Origin: Burkholderiales bacterium
Lineage (GTDB): Bacteria; Pseudomonadota; Gammaproteobacteria; Burkholderiales; Burkholderiaceae_D
Direction: 5' to 3'
DNA length: 64,000 nt
Assembly (NCBI GenBank): GCA_038248405.1
Contig: JBBRXM010000020.1
Coordinates: 136 to 64,135 of the forward strand
The notes beneath the pieces were generated by a model, which was not told the DNA's origin, made no database searches, and saw only the letters and a program-made list of their open reading frames with translations. Below are positions 51,713 to 61,380 of this stretch, piece after piece. The translations under genes and the position numbers were made by a program. Within the stretch, counting starts at the first letter, position 1; each line of letters opens with the position of its first letter.

Positions 51713-51728
51713 TGTGCAATTTTGCACA
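51713..51728. promoter_or_regulatory. Palindromic operator TGTGCA-ATTT-TGCACA upstream of the TonB-dependent receptor
   Basis: Same arms as the palindromes at 55512-55527 and 55418-55433. Confidence 0.55.
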
Positions 51729-51838
51729 CAGGCCTTGCAAGCCGCTGGCTATTCTTCAAGGGTTAAACCGGGCACACTCTGTTGCATTGCGTATAACCCC
51801 AATTACAAGAACATAAATAACCCCTGAAGGAGACTGTA

Positions 51839-54172
51839 ATGCGTATGTCGAACAAACAAAAAACGGTGCTGCGTCGCTCGGTCGCGTTGATCATGGCCAT
51901 TCCCGCCGTGTCGTGGACCACGGCATACGCACAGACCGATACGACCGGCCAGGCCGCCAGCGGCGAGATCGAAAAAGTGGTCGTGACCGCGCGCCGCCGC
52001 GCCGAGCTGATCCAGGACGTGCCGGGCGCGGTCACCGCCATCTCGGGCGCCCAGCTCGAAAAGCAGGCCATCCCCGACATCGCCGCGCTGGCCGACATGG
52101 TGCCCGGCACCACGCTGAAAAGCTCGCGCGGCACCAACACCACCCTGACCGCGTTCATCCGCGGCGTCGGCCAGCAGGACCCGGTCGCCGGCTACGAGCA
52201 AGGCGTCGGCATCTACCTCGACGACATCTACCTGGTCCGTCCGCAGGGCGCGCTGACCGACATCTACGACCTCGAACGCATCGAAGTGCTGCGCGGCCCG
52301 CAAGGCACGCTGTATGGCCGCAACACCATCGGCGGCGCCATCAAGTACGTCACCCGCAAGCTCTCGCCAAAGACCACCTTCGATACCAAGGCCACCTTCG
52401 GCACCTACGGCGAAAAAGACCTGGTCCTCAAGGCCAGCACCCCGCTGTCGGACTCGGTGCGCATCGGCGGCACCTTCGCCACCTTCAACCGTGACGGCTT
52501 CGGCAAGAACGTCATCACCGGCGCCGACAACTACAACAAGGACATCATCGCCGGCCGCATCAGCGTCGAATTCGCTCCCAACACCGACCTGTTCATCCGC
52601 CTGGCGACCGACCGTACCGTCGACGACTCGAATCCGAAACAGGGCTACCGCCTCACCGCCGGCCCGGCGCCGACCAACCTGCCGGTGCTCGCCGGCGACT
52701 ACGACACGCGCTCGAACCTGAACGCGGTCAACGGCCACGCCCAGCAAGTGATCACCCAGGGCACCTCGCTGATGGGCGAGTACCAGATCAACCCGACGCT
52801 GGCGTTCAAGTCGATCACCGCCTACCGCAAGTCGAAATCGTACGCGCCGATCGACTTCGATTCGCTGCCGACGCCGCTGTTCGAAGCGCCGTCGATTTAC
52901 TCCGACAACCAGACCAGCCAGGAATTCCAGTTCACCTACACCGGCGCGAAGTTCCAGGGCGTGGCCGGCGTATTCTGGATGAAGTCGAACGCGTTCAACG
53001 AATTCGACGTGCTCTACAACGCCGCCGGCGGCCTCTCGCTCTACACCCTCGACGACATCGACACCAAGACCTGGGCCGCTTTCGCCGACGTCAGCTACAA
53101 CGTCTCCGACACCTTCAACGTCAACGTGGGCGGGCGCTACACGGACGACCAGCGCAGCGCGCGCATCTTCAAGAAGACCTACCTCGGCCTGACCGGTTCG
53201 CCGACGCTGGGCAACCCGGCCGCGGTGGGCGGCGTCGCCAACACCGACCTCGGTCCGGATGCGCTCAACCGCACCGATACCAAGTTCACGCCGAAGCTGG
53301 GCTTTGGCTGGAAGTTCGCGCCGGGGCACAACCTGTACGGCACCGCTTCGCAGGGCTTCAAGGGCGGCATGTACGATCCGCGCATGGACCTCGGCGGCAA
53401 CCCGAACAGCGCCGCCTCGCTGACCAAGCGCAAGGGCGTCGATCCGGAAGAAGTGACCGCGCTCGAGCTGGGCGTGAAGTCGAGCATGAACGGCGGCCGC
53501 CTGCAGACCAACGCCGCGGTGTTCTACACCAACTACAAGAATGTGCAGATCCCGGGCTCGATCCCGACCCTCGATGCTGCCGGCAACGTCAACGGCTTCG
53601 CCGGTTCGCTGACCAACGCCGGCAAGGCCAAGATCAAGGGCTTCGAGCTGGAAGCGGTGTCGCACGTGACCAACCAGCTCAATATCAGCGGCATGTACAG
53701 CTACATCGACGCGAAGTACGACGAGTGGCTGGTGGCGAACGGCACCGCGCTGAAGAACGTCGCCGCCCAGGCCGAGTTCCAGAATACGCCGAAGCACACC
53801 GCCAACCTGACGGCGACCTACGATTGGGGCATGCCGCTGATGGGCCGCTCGGGCACCCTGTCGCTGATTAACAGCGTGTCGTACAAGAGCATGGTGTACC
53901 AGACCGAATTCGCCCGCCTGGGGGCCACCGCGGCGCTCGACGCCACCGTGCCGTCGAACCTGATGCTGGCGCAGGACGCCTACACCTTGTGGGATGCCGG
54001 CCTGGTGTGGACCAGCAGCGACCGCAAGATCCAGGTCGGCCTGCACGGCCGCAACCTGACCGACAAGCGCTACAAGGTCGCCGGCTACAACTTCGTCGGC
54101 TTCTTCAACACGGTCACCACGTTCTACGGCGACCCGCGCACCGTGCGCCTGACGCTGGGCTACAAGTTCTGA
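51839..54172 (+). CDS. TonB-dependent receptor
   Basis: Signal peptide, TonB box-like EKVVVTARRR, plug motif RIEVLRGPQGTLYGRN, and C-terminal GRNLTD...YKF. SD AAGGAG. Confidence 0.95.
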   Translation: MRMSNKQKTVLRRSVALIMAIPAVSWTTAYAQTDTTGQAASGEIEKVVVTARRRAELIQDVPGAVTAISGAQLEKQAIPDIAALADMVPGTTLKSSRGTNTTLTAFIRGVGQQDPVAGYEQGVGIYLDDIYLVRPQGALTDIYDLERIEVLRGPQGTLYGRNTIGGAIKYVTRKLSPKTTFDTKATFGTYGEKDLVLKASTPLSDSVRIGGTFATFNRDGFGKNVITGADNYNKDIIAGRISVEFAPNTDLFIRLATDRTVDDSNPKQGYRLTAGPAPTNLPVLAGDYDTRSNLNAVNGHAQQVITQGTSLMGEYQINPTLAFKSITAYRKSKSYAPIDFDSLPTPLFEAPSIYSDNQTSQEFQFTYTGAKFQGVAGVFWMKSNAFNEFDVLYNAAGGLSLYTLDDIDTKTWAAFADVSYNVSDTFNVNVGGRYTDDQRSARIFKKTYLGLTGSPTLGNPAAVGGVANTDLGPDALNRTDTKFTPKLGFGWKFAPGHNLYGTASQGFKGGMYDPRMDLGGNPNSAASLTKRKGVDPEEVTALELGVKSSMNGGRLQTNAAVFYTNYKNVQIPGSIPTLDAAGNVNGFAGSLTNAGKAKIKGFELEAVSHVTNQLNISGMYSYIDAKYDEWLVANGTALKNVAAQAEFQNTPKHTANLTATYDWGMPLMGRSGTLSLINSVSYKSMVYQTEFARLGATAALDATVPSNLMLAQDAYTLWDAGLVWTSSDRKIQVGLHGRNLTDKRYKVAGYNFVGFFNTVTTFYGDPRTVRLTLGYKF

Positions 54173-54189
54173 TCAATCCGCAGTCAAAC

Positions 54190-54218
54190 AAAGGGCGCCC
54201 GCGTGGCGCCCTTTTTTT
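54190..54218 (+). terminator. Intrinsic terminator of the TonB receptor gene
   Basis: AAAGGGCGCC-CGCGT-GGCGCCCTTT followed by a T-run. Confidence 0.75.
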
Positions 54219-54260
54219 CGCACTACGCGTTGATACGTCGTCCTCGCGAGCGCCGGTCGA

Positions 54261-54446
54261 GGGGTCAGACCCCGGTGTTTCCGTTGGGGGTCTGACCCCG
54301 GTTTGCGTTGGCCGCAGCACACCGGGGTCAGACCCTAAAAGAAGAAACGGGTCTGACCCCTGCCTGATCAGAAGCAGCAAAAAACAAAAGGCGCCCACCT
54401 GGCGCCCCTTTTAAATTTTATCGTGTCTGACCTATGGTCAGACCCC
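54261..54446. repeat. Cluster of REP-like GGGGTC(A/T)GACCCC units
   Basis: Perfect units at 54261-54273 and 54287-54299; 12/13 matches at 54324-54336 and 54348-54360; a partial unit at 54436-54446. Confidence 0.8.
54386..54412. terminator. Second, related terminator-like hairpin
   Basis: AAAAGGCGCC-CACCT-GGCGCCCCTTTT, a degenerate copy of the 54190 hairpin. Confidence 0.5.
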
Positions 54447-54469
54447 AATATTCACCCAAAGTTCGGCAT

Positions 54470-55408
54470 TCAGACGGTACGCAGCCTTGGCTGCAGCGCC
54501 GCCCCACCCGCATGCACGAACAGCTCCGGCTGCGAATCTGCATATTCTCGCAGCACGTTCCACACCGCCCGCACGCGCGGCAGGCGGTACAGGTCGACCG
54601 GCGCCACCATCCAGTACGCGCGCTCGGCGAACACCTCGTCGCGCAGGATCGGCACTAGCCGGCCGTCGTCCGGGATCACGTACGGCGGCGCCATCATCAG
54701 GCCCAGTCCTGCGGCCGCCGCTTCCGCCTGCGCCATCATGCCGGTGCAGCACAGGCGCCGGCGCGGCGTGAAGCCGAGCGCGTCGAGGAAATTGAGTTCG
54801 TTGCTGGCCAGCCGGTCCTGCACGTAGTCGACGAAATCGTGCCCTGCCAGGTCCGACTGGCGCACGATCGGCGGATGACGCGCCAGGTAATCGGGCGAGC
54901 CATACAGATACAGGCGGAACGAGGCCAGGCGCGTGACCATGTAGCGGCCTGTGTTGGGCGCGTCGAGCATGACGCCCAGGTCGGCCTCGCGATTGGCCAG
55001 GTTGGCGAAACGCGGCTGCACCAGCAAGTCGATCGACAGGTCCGGATGGGCCGACAGGAAGCGCGCCAGCAGCGGCGTGATGATGCGCACGCCCAGCACC
55101 TCCGGCACGCCGAGCCGCACGACGCCGCGCACGGCGACCTGGTTGCCGCTCAACTGGTCCTGCGCCGCCAGCGCCGCGCTTTCCATCACCTCCGCGTGCG
55201 GCAGCAGCGCCTGGCCCATTTCGGTGAGCTCGTAGCCTTCGCGCGAGCGGTCGAACAAGGTGGTGCCCAGCTGCGTCTCGAGGCGGTCGATGCGGCGCGC
55301 AACCGTGGTGTGCTCGACCTCCAGCCCACGCGAGGCGCCCGACAAGGTGCCGGCCCGCGCCAGCTCCAGGAAGAACCGTAAATCTGTCCACTCAGGCAAG
55401 GTTTTCAT
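54470..55408 (-). CDS. LysR family transcriptional regulator
   Basis: WTDLRFFLELARAGTLSGASRGLEVEHTTVARRI HTH, LFDRSREGYELT and a substrate-binding domain. Confidence 0.93.
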   Translation of the reverse strand: MKTLPEWTDLRFFLELARAGTLSGASRGLEVEHTTVARRIDRLETQLGTTLFDRSREGYELTEMGQALLPHAEVMESAALAAQDQLSGNQVAVRGVVRLGVPEVLGVRIITPLLARFLSAHPDLSIDLLVQPRFANLANREADLGVMLDAPNTGRYMVTRLASFRLYLYGSPDYLARHPPIVRQSDLAGHDFVDYVQDRLASNELNFLDALGFTPRRRLCCTGMMAQAEAAAAGLGLMMAPPYVIPDDGRLVPILRDEVFAERAYWMVAPVDLYRLPRVRAVWNVLREYADSQPELFVHAGGAALQPRLRTV

Positions 55409-55511
55409 GCCGGCTATTGTGCATCAGTGCGCAGCAGGATGGCAATTCTTTCATCAAAGGGCATGCAAATGCCTGGCAGCGCAGCGCGCGGCCGCTGCGA
55501 TGCCGCAATGG

Positions 55512-55527
55512 TGTGCATTAATGCACA
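55512..55527. promoter_or_regulatory. Perfect 16-bp palindrome TGTGCATTAATGCACA in the lysR/hydrolase divergent region
   Basis: Read directly from the sequence. A one-mismatch copy (TGTGCATCAGTGCGCA, 55418-55433) overlaps the lysR -10. Confidence 0.6.
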
Positions 55528-55615
55528 AAGGGTGTTCACCGTCTTATCTTACGTACAAGGACCTTTTGGCGCACACTGCACGGCAATCGGGAATCCATAA
55601 AAACACGGGGCGGAT

Positions 55616-56488
55616 GTGACGACATTTAGCGAAACGACCTTTACCAGCAGCGACGGCCTGCGCTTGTATGCGCGTGACTATGCGCCCGCCAGCGGGCAGG
55701 CGCGCCTGCCCGTCATCTGCATCCACGGGCTGACCCGCAACTCGGCCGACTTCGACGAACTGGCGCCGTGGATCGCCGCCCAGGGCCGCCGCGTGCTGGC
55801 GGTCGACGTGCGCGGGCGCGGCAACTCGGCCTACGACCCGAATCCGGCCAACTACAACCTCGCCGTCTACGCCGGCGACGTCGTCAAGCTGGCGCACGAC
55901 CTGGGCATCGCGCGCGCCGTCTTCATCGGCACCTCGATGGGTGGCCTCATCACAATGACGCTGGCGGTGCGCCGCATCGGCCTGATCGCCGCGGCGGTGC
56001 TCAACGACATAGGCCCGGCGCTGTCCGGGCGCGGCCTGCAGCGCATCGCCGGCTATGCCGGCAACGCCGAGCCGCTGGCCAGCTGGGACGACGCCGCCGC
56101 GTACGTACGCGGCATCAACGAGGTGGCCTTCCCCACCAATACCGACAGCGACTGGGACAAATGGGCGCGCCGCTCCTTTGCCGAAACCGCGCCGGGCCAG
56201 CTGGGCATGCGCTACGACCCGGGCATCGCCATCGCGATCCGCGCCGGCAAGATCAAGCCGTCGTCTTTGGCGGCGCGCTTTGCCTTTCGCCGGCTGGCGC
56301 ACAAGCGCCCCACCCTGCTGATCCGCGGCGCGCTGTCCGACCTCGTCGAGCCGGAACAGGTGGCGATGATGCGCGCGGCAGCGCCGACGATGAAGTACGC
56401 CGAAGTGCCGGACGTCGGCCACGCACCGATGCTCACCGAACCGCAGTCGCTGGCCGCCTTGCGCGAATTTCTCGGCAATGTAGATTGA
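55616..56488 (+). CDS. Alpha/beta hydrolase (esterase; PhaZc/3-hydroxybutyrate-oligomer-hydrolase-like)
   Basis: CIHGLTRN, nucleophile GTSMGG, LNDIGP, RGALSDL and GHAPML. No signal peptide. GTG start. Confidence 0.85.
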   Translation: MTTFSETTFTSSDGLRLYARDYAPASGQARLPVICIHGLTRNSADFDELAPWIAAQGRRVLAVDVRGRGNSAYDPNPANYNLAVYAGDVVKLAHDLGIARAVFIGTSMGGLITMTLAVRRIGLIAAAVLNDIGPALSGRGLQRIAGYAGNAEPLASWDDAAAYVRGINEVAFPTNTDSDWDKWARRSFAETAPGQLGMRYDPGIAIAIRAGKIKPSSLAARFAFRRLAHKRPTLLIRGALSDLVEPEQVAMMRAAAPTMKYAEVPDVGHAPMLTEPQSLAALREFLGNVD

Positions 56489-56554
56489 AGCAGTTATATT
56501 AACGGGACCACGCCGCAAGACGCGCGGACCGACACCTTGATGGAGACACGAACA

Positions 56555-57730
56555 ATGAAAAAACTGATCCCGCTGCTGGTGGCCGCCGCCTTCGCGCCCG
56601 CCGCCGTATCGGCCCAGGACCTGAAGGTCGCCCTCATCGCCGGCAAGACCGGCGTGCTGGAAGCGTACGCCAAGGAGACCGAGACCGGATTCATGATGGG
56701 CCTCGAGTACCTCACCGGCGGCAAGATGGAGATCAAGGGCCGCAAGCTGAAGGTGATCGTCAAGGACGACCAGAGCAAGCCTGATCTCGGCCGCACCCTG
56801 CTGGCCGAAGCGTACGGCGATGACAAGGTCGACATCGCGGTCGGCACCAGCTCGTCCGGCTCGGCCATTGCGATGCTGCCGGTCGCGCTCGAATACAAGA
56901 AGGTGCTGATCGTCGAACCGGCGGTGGCTGACGCCATCACAGGCGACAAGTGGAACCGCTACATCTTCCGCACCGCGCGCAACTCGATGCAGGACGCGAT
57001 GGCCGCGGCGACCATCGCCCCCAACGGCAGCTACGCCTTCCTGGCGCAGGACTATGCGTTCGGGCGCGACGCCGTCAAGGCGGCCAAGGAAGCCTTGACC
57101 ACGGTGGGCAGCAAGGCCAAGGTGGTGCATGAAGAGTACGCGCCGCAGTCGGCCACCGACTTCACCTCGTCGGCCCAGCGCATCTTCGACGCCCTCAAGG
57201 ACAAGCCGCAGCCGCGCGTGCTGTCGATCGTGTGGGCCGGCCCGCACCCGATGAACAAGATCGCCGACATGAAGCCGGAGCGCTACGGCATCGCGCTCGC
57301 GCCGAACGGGAACATCCTGCCGGTGCTGAAGACCTGGAAGAACTTCGCCGGCACCGAAGGCACCATCTATTACTACTACGCCTTCCCGAAAAACAAGATG
57401 AACGACTGGCTGGTGGCCGAGCACACCAAGCGCTTCAAGGCGCCGCCCGACATGTTCACCGCCGGCGGTTTCGCCGCCGCCAGCGCCGTCGTCACCGCGC
57501 TGACCAAGGCGGGTTCGGGCGACAGCGAGAAGCTGATCGCGGCGATGGAGGGCATGGACTTCGAGACGCCGAAGGGCAAGATGACCTTCCGCAAGGAAGA
57601 CCACCAGGCGTTGCAGGCGATGTACCACTTCCGCATCAAGAAGGCGCAGAAGAACGAGTGGGACCTGCTCGAACTGGTGCGCGAAATCCCGGCCAGCGAA
57701 ATCCCGCTGCCAGTGCGAAACAAGCGCTGA
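56555..57730 (+). CDS. HAAT/Liv-type ABC transporter substrate-binding protein
   Basis: Signal peptide, KDDQSKPD, EPAVADAITG...YIFRTARNS and AQDYAFG. Confidence 0.9.
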   Translation: MKKLIPLLVAAAFAPAAVSAQDLKVALIAGKTGVLEAYAKETETGFMMGLEYLTGGKMEIKGRKLKVIVKDDQSKPDLGRTLLAEAYGDDKVDIAVGTSSSGSAIAMLPVALEYKKVLIVEPAVADAITGDKWNRYIFRTARNSMQDAMAAATIAPNGSYAFLAQDYAFGRDAVKAAKEALTTVGSKAKVVHEEYAPQSATDFTSSAQRIFDALKDKPQPRVLSIVWAGPHPMNKIADMKPERYGIALAPNGNILPVLKTWKNFAGTEGTIYYYYAFPKNKMNDWLVAEHTKRFKAPPDMFTAGGFAAASAVVTALTKAGSGDSEKLIAAMEGMDFETPKGKMTFRKEDHQALQAMYHFRIKKAQKNEWDLLELVREIPASEIPLPVRNKR

Positions 57731-57731
57731 C

Positions 57732-58511
57732 ATGAACGCCAGCAGCACAGCGCCGGCGCCCACGCTGTCGACACGCGACCTGACCATCCGCTTCGGCGGC
57801 CACGTCGCGGTCAACCAGGTGACGGCCGATTTCTATCCCGGCACCCTGACCGTGATCGTCGGCCCCAACGGCGCCGGCAAGACCACTTACTTCAACCTGA
57901 TGTCGGGGCAGCTGCCGGCCAGTTCCGGCAGCGTGCACCTGAACGGCGTCGATATCACGCGTGCCGGCGCGGCGCACCGCACCCGGCTTGGCATCGGCCG
58001 CGCCTTCCAGCTCACCAACCTGTTTCCGAACCTGTCGGTGCAGGAGAACGTGAGGCTGGCGGTGCAGAGCCGCGCGCGCGTTGGCATGAACATGTTCTCG
58101 GTCTGGTTCGGCCACAAGGAGCTGATCGAGCGCGCCGGCCACTACCTCGAGCGCGTCGCGCTCGACACGCGCCGCGACACGCCGGTGGCAGCACTGTCGC
58201 ACGGCGACAAGCGCAAGCTGGAGGTGGCAATCCTGCTGGCGCTCGAGCCGGACGTGATGATGTTCGACGAGCCGACTGCCGGCATGAGCGTCGACGAGGT
58301 GCCGGTGGTGCTCGACCTGATCCACCAGGTCAAGGCCGAGCGCAGCAAGACCATCCTGCTGGTCGAGCACAAGATGGACGTCGTGCGCAAGCTGGCCGAC
58401 CGCATCATCGTGCTGCACAACGGTACGCTGGTCGCCGACGGCAATCCGGCCGAGGTAATGGCGTCGAAGATCGTGCAGGAAGCTTATCTTGGGGTGCCCG
58501 AAAATGTCTGA
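57732..58511 (+). CDS. ABC ATPase (LivG-like)
   Basis: GPNGAGKTT, signature LSHGDKRKLE and FDEPTAG. Confidence 0.92.
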   Translation: MNASSTAPAPTLSTRDLTIRFGGHVAVNQVTADFYPGTLTVIVGPNGAGKTTYFNLMSGQLPASSGSVHLNGVDITRAGAAHRTRLGIGRAFQLTNLFPNLSVQENVRLAVQSRARVGMNMFSVWFGHKELIERAGHYLERVALDTRRDTPVAALSHGDKRKLEVAILLALEPDVMMFDEPTAGMSVDEVPVVLDLIHQVKAERSKTILLVEHKMDVVRKLADRIIVLHNGTLVADGNPAEVMASKIVQEAYLGVPENV

Positions 58512-59229
58512 GCCGTTACTGACGCTGTCCGGCGTGCACACGCACATCGCCCAGTACCACATCCTGCAAGGGGTCGACCTGGCGGTGCCGCGCGGAGGCC
58601 TGTCGGTGCTGCTGGGCCGTAACGGCGCCGGCAAGACCACCACCCTGCGCACCATCATGGGCCTGTGGCAGGCCAGCGCCGGCAGCGTGCGTTTTGATGG
58701 CCGCGAGATCGGCAAGCTGGCCACGCCCGACATCGCGCAGTCCGGCATCGCTTACGTGCCCGAATCGATGGCCGTGTTTTCCGAGCTGACGGTGCGCGAG
58801 AACATGCTGCTCGCCGCGCGCAGCGGTCCGCTCGACGACGCCCGCGTCGAATGGATCTTCGGCTTCTTCCCGGCGCTGAAAAAATTCTGGCACTACCCGG
58901 CCGGCAACCTGTCGGGCGGCCAGAAGCAGATGGTGGCGATCGCCCGCGCGATCGTCGAGCCGCGCAAGCTGCTGCTGATCGACGAGCCGACCAAGGGCCT
59001 GGCGCCGGCCATCATCCAGAGCCTGATCGCGGCCTTTCGCGAGCTGAAGGAAACCGACACCACCATCCTGCTGGTCGAGCAGAACTTCAGCTTCGTCAAG
59101 TCGCTCGGCGACACCGTCGCGGTGATGGACGACGGCCGCATCGTGCACGCCGGCGCCATGCGCGACCTGGTCGAAGACCAGGACCTGCAACAGCGCCTGC
59201 TCGGGCTCTCGCTCGACTCCCACCAATAG
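58504..59229 (+). CDS. ABC ATPase (LivF-like)
   Basis: GRNGAGKTT, LSGGQKQM and IDEPTKG. Confidence 0.92.
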   Translation: MSEPLLTLSGVHTHIAQYHILQGVDLAVPRGGLSVLLGRNGAGKTTTLRTIMGLWQASAGSVRFDGREIGKLATPDIAQSGIAYVPESMAVFSELTVRENMLLAARSGPLDDARVEWIFGFFPALKKFWHYPAGNLSGGQKQMVAIARAIVEPRKLLLIDEPTKGLAPAIIQSLIAAFRELKETDTTILLVEQNFSFVKSLGDTVAVMDDGRIVHAGAMRDLVEDQDLQQRLLGLSLDSHQ

Positions 59230-59236
59230 GATCGCC

Positions 59237-60280
59237 ATGACTACCCTCGTTCCTCCCGCCGTGCCGCAGGCGCTGCCCGCCGCGCATGACAGCGCGCTGC
59301 CGGCCGCCAAGCGCGACATCGCACCGCTGCTGCTGGTACCGGCGCTGATGCTGGCGATGCTGCCGCTGGTGGGCAGCTTTCCCACCTGGATCACGCTCAC
59401 CGTCGCCGGCCTGGCGATGGGGATGATGATCTTTATTATGGCCAGCGGCCTGACGCTGGTGTTCGGACTGATGGACGTGCTCAATTTCGGCCACGGCGCC
59501 TTCGTGGCGGTGGGCGCTTACGCCGCCACCATGGTGCTGCTGCCGATGCGCGGCTGGCTCGAAGTCGATTCGCTGCTGCTCAATCTGGGGGTGCTGGGGC
59601 TGGCGATGCTGGTGGCGATGGTGGTCACGGCGCTGTTGGGATGGGCGTTCGAGCGCGTCATCATCATGCCGGTGTACGGCCAGCACCTGAAGCAGATCCT
59701 GATCACGATGGGCGGCATGATCGTCGCCGAGCAGCTGATCAATGTGATCTGGGGCGCCGAGCAGATCGCGCTGCCGCTGCCGGCGAGCCTGCGCGGCGCC
59801 ATCGTGCTGGGCGATGCCGCCATCGAAAAGTACCGGATGGTGGCGGTCGTCGTCGGGCTGGTGGTGTTCGCGACCATGTTCCTGGTGCTGAACCGCACCA
59901 AGATCGGCCTGTTGATCCGCGCCGGCGTCGAAAACCGCGAGATGGTCGAGGCGCTCGGCTACCGCGTGCGGCGCCTGTTCGTCATGGTGTTCGCTGCCGG
60001 CTCCGCGCTGGCGGGCCTGGGCGGCGTGATGTGGGGCCTGTACAAGGAGACGCTGACGGCGTCGATGGGCGGCGAGATGATGGTGGGGATTTTCATCGTC
60101 ATCATCATCGGCGGCCTGGGCTCGGTGGGCGGCTGCTTCATCGGCGCGCTGCTGATGGCGCTGGTGGCCAACTACGCCGGCTTCCTGGCGCCGAAACTGG
60201 CGCTGGTGTCGAATATCGTCCTGATGATCGCGGTGCTGATGTGGCGCCCGGCGGGCCTGTTTTCCAACGCAAGGCGCTAG
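59237..60280 (+). CDS. ABC permease (LivH-like)
   Basis: GLTLVFGLMDVLNFGHGAF, GLLIRAG and IIIGGLGS. Confidence 0.92.
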   Translation: MTTLVPPAVPQALPAAHDSALPAAKRDIAPLLLVPALMLAMLPLVGSFPTWITLTVAGLAMGMMIFIMASGLTLVFGLMDVLNFGHGAFVAVGAYAATMVLLPMRGWLEVDSLLLNLGVLGLAMLVAMVVTALLGWAFERVIIMPVYGQHLKQILITMGGMIVAEQLINVIWGAEQIALPLPASLRGAIVLGDAAIEKYRMVAVVVGLVVFATMFLVLNRTKIGLLIRAGVENREMVEALGYRVRRLFVMVFAAGSALAGLGGVMWGLYKETLTASMGGEMMVGIFIVIIIGGLGSVGGCFIGALLMALVANYAGFLAPKLALVSNIVLMIAVLMWRPAGLFSNARR

Positions 60281-60288
60281 GATCCGCG

Positions 60289-61368
60289 ATGAGCAACCCT
60301 GTACTGACCCGACTTTTTTCCGGCGACCTGCCGCGCAGCCGCATGCTCGGCGCCGCGCTGGTGGCGGTGTTCCTCGGCCTGGCGCTGGCGCCGTTTCTGA
60401 CCAGCGGCGCGCGTCCGCTCAACACCGCCGCCACGATCTGCATCTACATCGTGCTGGTGGCCTCGTACGACCTGCTGCTCGGGTACACCGGCATCGTCTC
60501 GTTCGCCCACACGATGTTCTTCGGGATCGGCGCGTATGGCGTGGGCCTTGGGCTGTCGAGCGCCGGCCCGACCTGGAGCGGCGCGCTGGTCGGCCTGGTG
60601 CTGTCGCTGCTGCTGACGATCGCCTTGGCGCTGGTGGTGGGCCTGTTCGCGCTGCGCGTGCGCGCCATCTTCTACGCCATGATCACGCTGGCGGTTGCAT
60701 CTTCGTTCGCCGTGCTGGCCTCGCAGCTGTCGGACTTCACCGGCGGCGAGGACGGCAAGACCTTCAGCGTGCCGGAGCTGCTCTCGCCCGGCTTCAAGCT
60801 GATGGAGAACGAGGTATTCGGGCGCGCCATCGACGGCAAGCTCATTACCTACTACATCGTCTTCTTTGGCTGCCTGCTGCTGTTCCTGTTCCTGCTCCGG
60901 CTGGTCAATTCGCCGTTCGGCCGGGTGCTGCAGGCGATCCGCGAAAACGAATTCCGCGCCGAGGCGCTGGGCTATCGCACGGTGCTGTACCGGATCTGGG
61001 CCAACGTGCTGGCGGCGCTGGTGGCCGCGCTGGCCGGCGCGCTGATGGCGCTGTGGCTGCGCTACGTGGGACCGAAGACCATGCTCGGTTTCGAGGTGAT
61101 GGTCGACATCCTGCTCATCGTCGTCATCGGCGGCATGGGCACGATGTACGGCGCGGTGATCGGCGCCACCCTGTTCATCATCGCGCAGAATTACATGAAG
61201 ACGCTGATGGCCGACGGCGCCGCGTCGCTGGAAGGCATCCCGCTGCTGGCGCAGGCGCTGCACCCGGACCGCTGGATGCTGTGGCTGGGGGTGCTGTTTG
61301 TGCTGTCGATTTACTTCTTTCCGGCGGGGATAGTGGGCAAGCTGCGGGGGCACGTGGCGAAGCGCTGA
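60289..61368 (+). CDS. ABC permease (LivM-like)
   Basis: LLGYTGIVSFAH, SPFGRVLQAIRENE and IGGMGT. Confidence 0.92.
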   Translation: MSNPVLTRLFSGDLPRSRMLGAALVAVFLGLALAPFLTSGARPLNTAATICIYIVLVASYDLLLGYTGIVSFAHTMFFGIGAYGVGLGLSSAGPTWSGALVGLVLSLLLTIALALVVGLFALRVRAIFYAMITLAVASSFAVLASQLSDFTGGEDGKTFSVPELLSPGFKLMENEVFGRAIDGKLITYYIVFFGCLLLFLFLLRLVNSPFGRVLQAIRENEFRAEALGYRTVLYRIWANVLAALVAALAGALMALWLRYVGPKTMLGFEVMVDILLIVVIGGMGTMYGAVIGATLFIIAQNYMKTLMADGAASLEGIPLLAQALHPDRWMLWLGVLFVLSIYFFPAGIVGKLRGHVAKR

Positions 61369-61380
61369 GCGAGCGTGGAA

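Noticed and set aside
51771-51786. Sigma54 promoter upstream of the TonB receptor (GGCAC-N6-TTGCA)
   Set aside because: The GG-to-GC spacing is 11 rather than the strictly required 10.
54261-54446. Repeat cluster read as a CRISPR array
   Set aside because: The units are 13 bp, alternate in orientation, and have irregular short spacers (about 12-25 bp). No cas genes are present.
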